Positions 62,010-64,000 of a DNA stretch of 64,000 bases are shown here, in pieces. Under the pieces are notes generated by a model. The model was not told where the DNA came from. It ran no database searches and saw only the letters and a list, made by a program, of their open reading frames with translations. The DNA lies in the NCBI GenBank assembly GCA_024704765.1, contig JAKMXF010000327.1, forward strand, positions 1-64,000, written 5' to 3'. The position numbers were made by a program, and so were the translations under genes. The DNA is from Oopsacas minuta (Eukaryota > Animalia > Porifera). Every line of letters begins with the position of its first letter. Within the stretch, counting starts at the first letter, position 1.

Positions 62010-62877
62010 TATTTAGAATGTTGAATATAATTGATAAGTAGATATTCTTCAAACAAGCTAACAGTGGCTACAATTACGCAAAGTAATGGGGGAATATGGT
62101 AGCAGTAATCAATAAAAAGTATAAACTAAGCTTGCCTTAATTCTTACTAAAGATTAGGTATTGCTAATCATAATCTCGGATTTTTAGCAAATGGCTAAAA
62201 TTACTACGAATGATAATAGTAGGCATTATCTGAGCAGAGAGTAGTGTACGTATTACCTAATATGGATTGTAATAACATGAATGGGAAGTAAATTTGGGGT
62301 TGTAAGTAGTATATAGGGACGGAAACAGGAGAGGCCACCCCATCCACTCCAGTATAAAGTGTATTGGTCTTAAGGAATGTATTGAATGAGTATTTACACA
62401 CATATAAGCATAAAGTACTTTACATACATAGACAAACTCTGCTTAACAGTATTGGAGTACGGTACGGTACGGTATGGTATGGTATGTTGCTATTGTGGAA
62501 AATATAATATACTTTCCATATTTTCCATGAATTTTAATAGTGGTCTCTATTTAACAATACTTACATAGTACATATCAATCATTGCTTACGTTATAATATA
62601 GAATGGACCCTAAAGTTACATTATCAATAGGCACCTTATATCAGGTTGACAAGATATTGCTTTGGGAGAGAGGGGTGCTTGGAATATACTAATATTCGCG
62701 AATAATATAGTTCGGATTGGGTTGGTTAGCATTGTTAAATAACTGCAAATAAAAGTTGGAAACGATTATGAAAATTTCGATAAAGAAACAAAAAAGTGAA
62801 TAATTATTAGTTCAAATAAATCGAAAATGTTCAAAACAAAAATGATTAGAAAGCCAATAAAAGTCCAATCAAATATC

Positions 62878-63126
62878 TTATAAACGATGTTGGTATATTG
62901 CTTTATCTTCCAAAGCTAGCTCTTCAATATAAGACTCATTTTCTTGTATCAGAAGCTCCCTCAGTTTGTTCCTCCGGGCTATAATCAGAAGCTTGTTACT
63001 CTTTACCTTCTCTTCTGCCATTACGTCATTATGCCTCTTAATAACTTTAGCCATATAATCCCCATCACCTTCTATATTACCCTTAACAAAGTCTCCTCCG
63101 TTAATCAGGTTCTCTCTGGCAGACAT
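62878..63126 (-). CDS. CFAP141: CFAP141/C1orf189-like ciliary microtubule protein, 82 aa
   Basis: The C-terminal NKLLIIARRNKLRELLIQENESYIEELALEDKAIYQHRL matches the family pattern (L..R...L..L...E...Y..EL...GKA.Y..R). Confidence 0.75.
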   Translation of the reverse strand: MSARENLINGGDFVKGNIEGDGDYMAKVIKRHNDVMAEEKVKSNKLLIIARRNKLRELLIQENESYIEELALEDKAIYQHRL

Positions 63127-63810
63127 AATTCTATTTTAAAATTTATGTAAAATAATATTAATACAGAACAGAATATAATCCTGATCCCTCCCAACTTTAA
63201 TCAGAACCTGAATTGGCATAATAATTCATATAGTTTGGACAGATTACGGTTGGGAAGATTAAAGTGGGGCTGGGCTCGATCGGCTAGCATCTTTGGAAGG
63301 GTACATGCCCTTTCCCTAAGGGTAGCTGTCTACGGTACTGTCGGTACATGATACTATGTATGTAAATAAATGTGAATCAGCCTATGAATCATAATACCAT
63401 TGCATTTATGAAAATAAATATTGAGGTGATCAGCTTTCGATCTAATGGGATTTGACAGTATTTTTGTATACATGTAGTTGTAAATGTGAAAACAAGATTC
63501 AGTAAAATTTTTCCAAAATATATTCGAAATATTAGCTTGTATAAATCAGAGTAATTATCTATTAATGGATTTAAGTGGGTAGAACCACAATACTAAATGC
63601 CAATATATAAGTGAGTATCTATTGACTTGTTTCTAAGGCAGAAACAAACTGGAATTGAAGAAATTATTCGACACAAATCATTAAAAACATTCTAACACAT
63701 AGAAACACCAAATATGATCCAATTAACTAAGATAAAATTATAATAATTGCTCTTTCAAAATGTATAAGCACTCGAGTAACTTATCAATACTAGCAGATTA
63801 CTGAATATAC

Positions 63811-64000
63811 TCAAGTCTTTTTCTTGGATTCAGCATCTTTCTTGTCACTTTTCCTATAATATATTATCTGTAATACTAAAGATAAATTGAGTAGAGCTGA
63901 AATAACGTATGTGAATAATGTGAGCATATCACTAGTCTCTTTAACAGTCGTAAACATCCTAATTATAGTACCGTTCAGCAGCAAGGCCACCATAATCAGA
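63811..64000 (-). CDS. MPDU1: 3' end of MPDU1 (PQ-loop) gene; runs off the window
   Basis: LLLNGTIIRMFTTVKETSDMLTLFTYVISALLNLSLVLQIIYYRK plus a di-lysine tail resembles MPDU1 GSLARIFTSIQETGD..CNGLIAAQLLFYW. Confidence 0.8.
   Translation of the reverse strand, partial: LIMVALLLNGTIIRMFTTVKETSDMLTLFTYVISALLNLSLVLQIIYYRKSDKKDAESKKKT

Noticed and set aside
62455-62485. Short GGTAC/GGTAT pentamer run
   Set aside because: Ordinary microsatellite with no further structure.
1-64000. tRNA, rRNA, telomeric arrays or prokaryotic defence systems
   Set aside because: No cloverleaf or T-loop in a proper context, no rRNA-like stretch, only isolated TTAGGG, and the spliceosomal introns show the DNA is eukaryotic.

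Overview
AT-rich eukaryotic (animal) genomic scaffold with one N-gap (1941-2098) and three single-N contig joins (13855, 15556, 22055). The gene style (compact, mostly intronless, RNF213-like gene, lone HNF4/RXR-like receptor) best fits a sponge such as a hexactinellid; this is inference, not proven. The left ~38 kb is transposon-rich. It holds intact-looking DD37E and DD37D Tc1/mariner elements, an intact Chapaev3 element, decayed mariner and pogo copies, Helitron-like and MITE families, long inverted repeats and a degenerate 20-bp array. It also holds an intronless nuclear receptor and a disabled RNF213-like gene. The right ~26 kb is gene-dense: RBM39 (13 coding exons), SH3BGRL3-like (frameshifted), IST1, MYCBP, survivin/BIRC5, SAMD15-like, a divergent actin, UTP4, CFAP141 and the 3' end of MPDU1. 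All recognisable host genes lie on the minus strand. Seven of ten with a visible start have a 3' splice-acceptor YAG 1-5 nt before the ATG, which suggests spliced-leader trans-splicing or obligatory 5'UTR introns.
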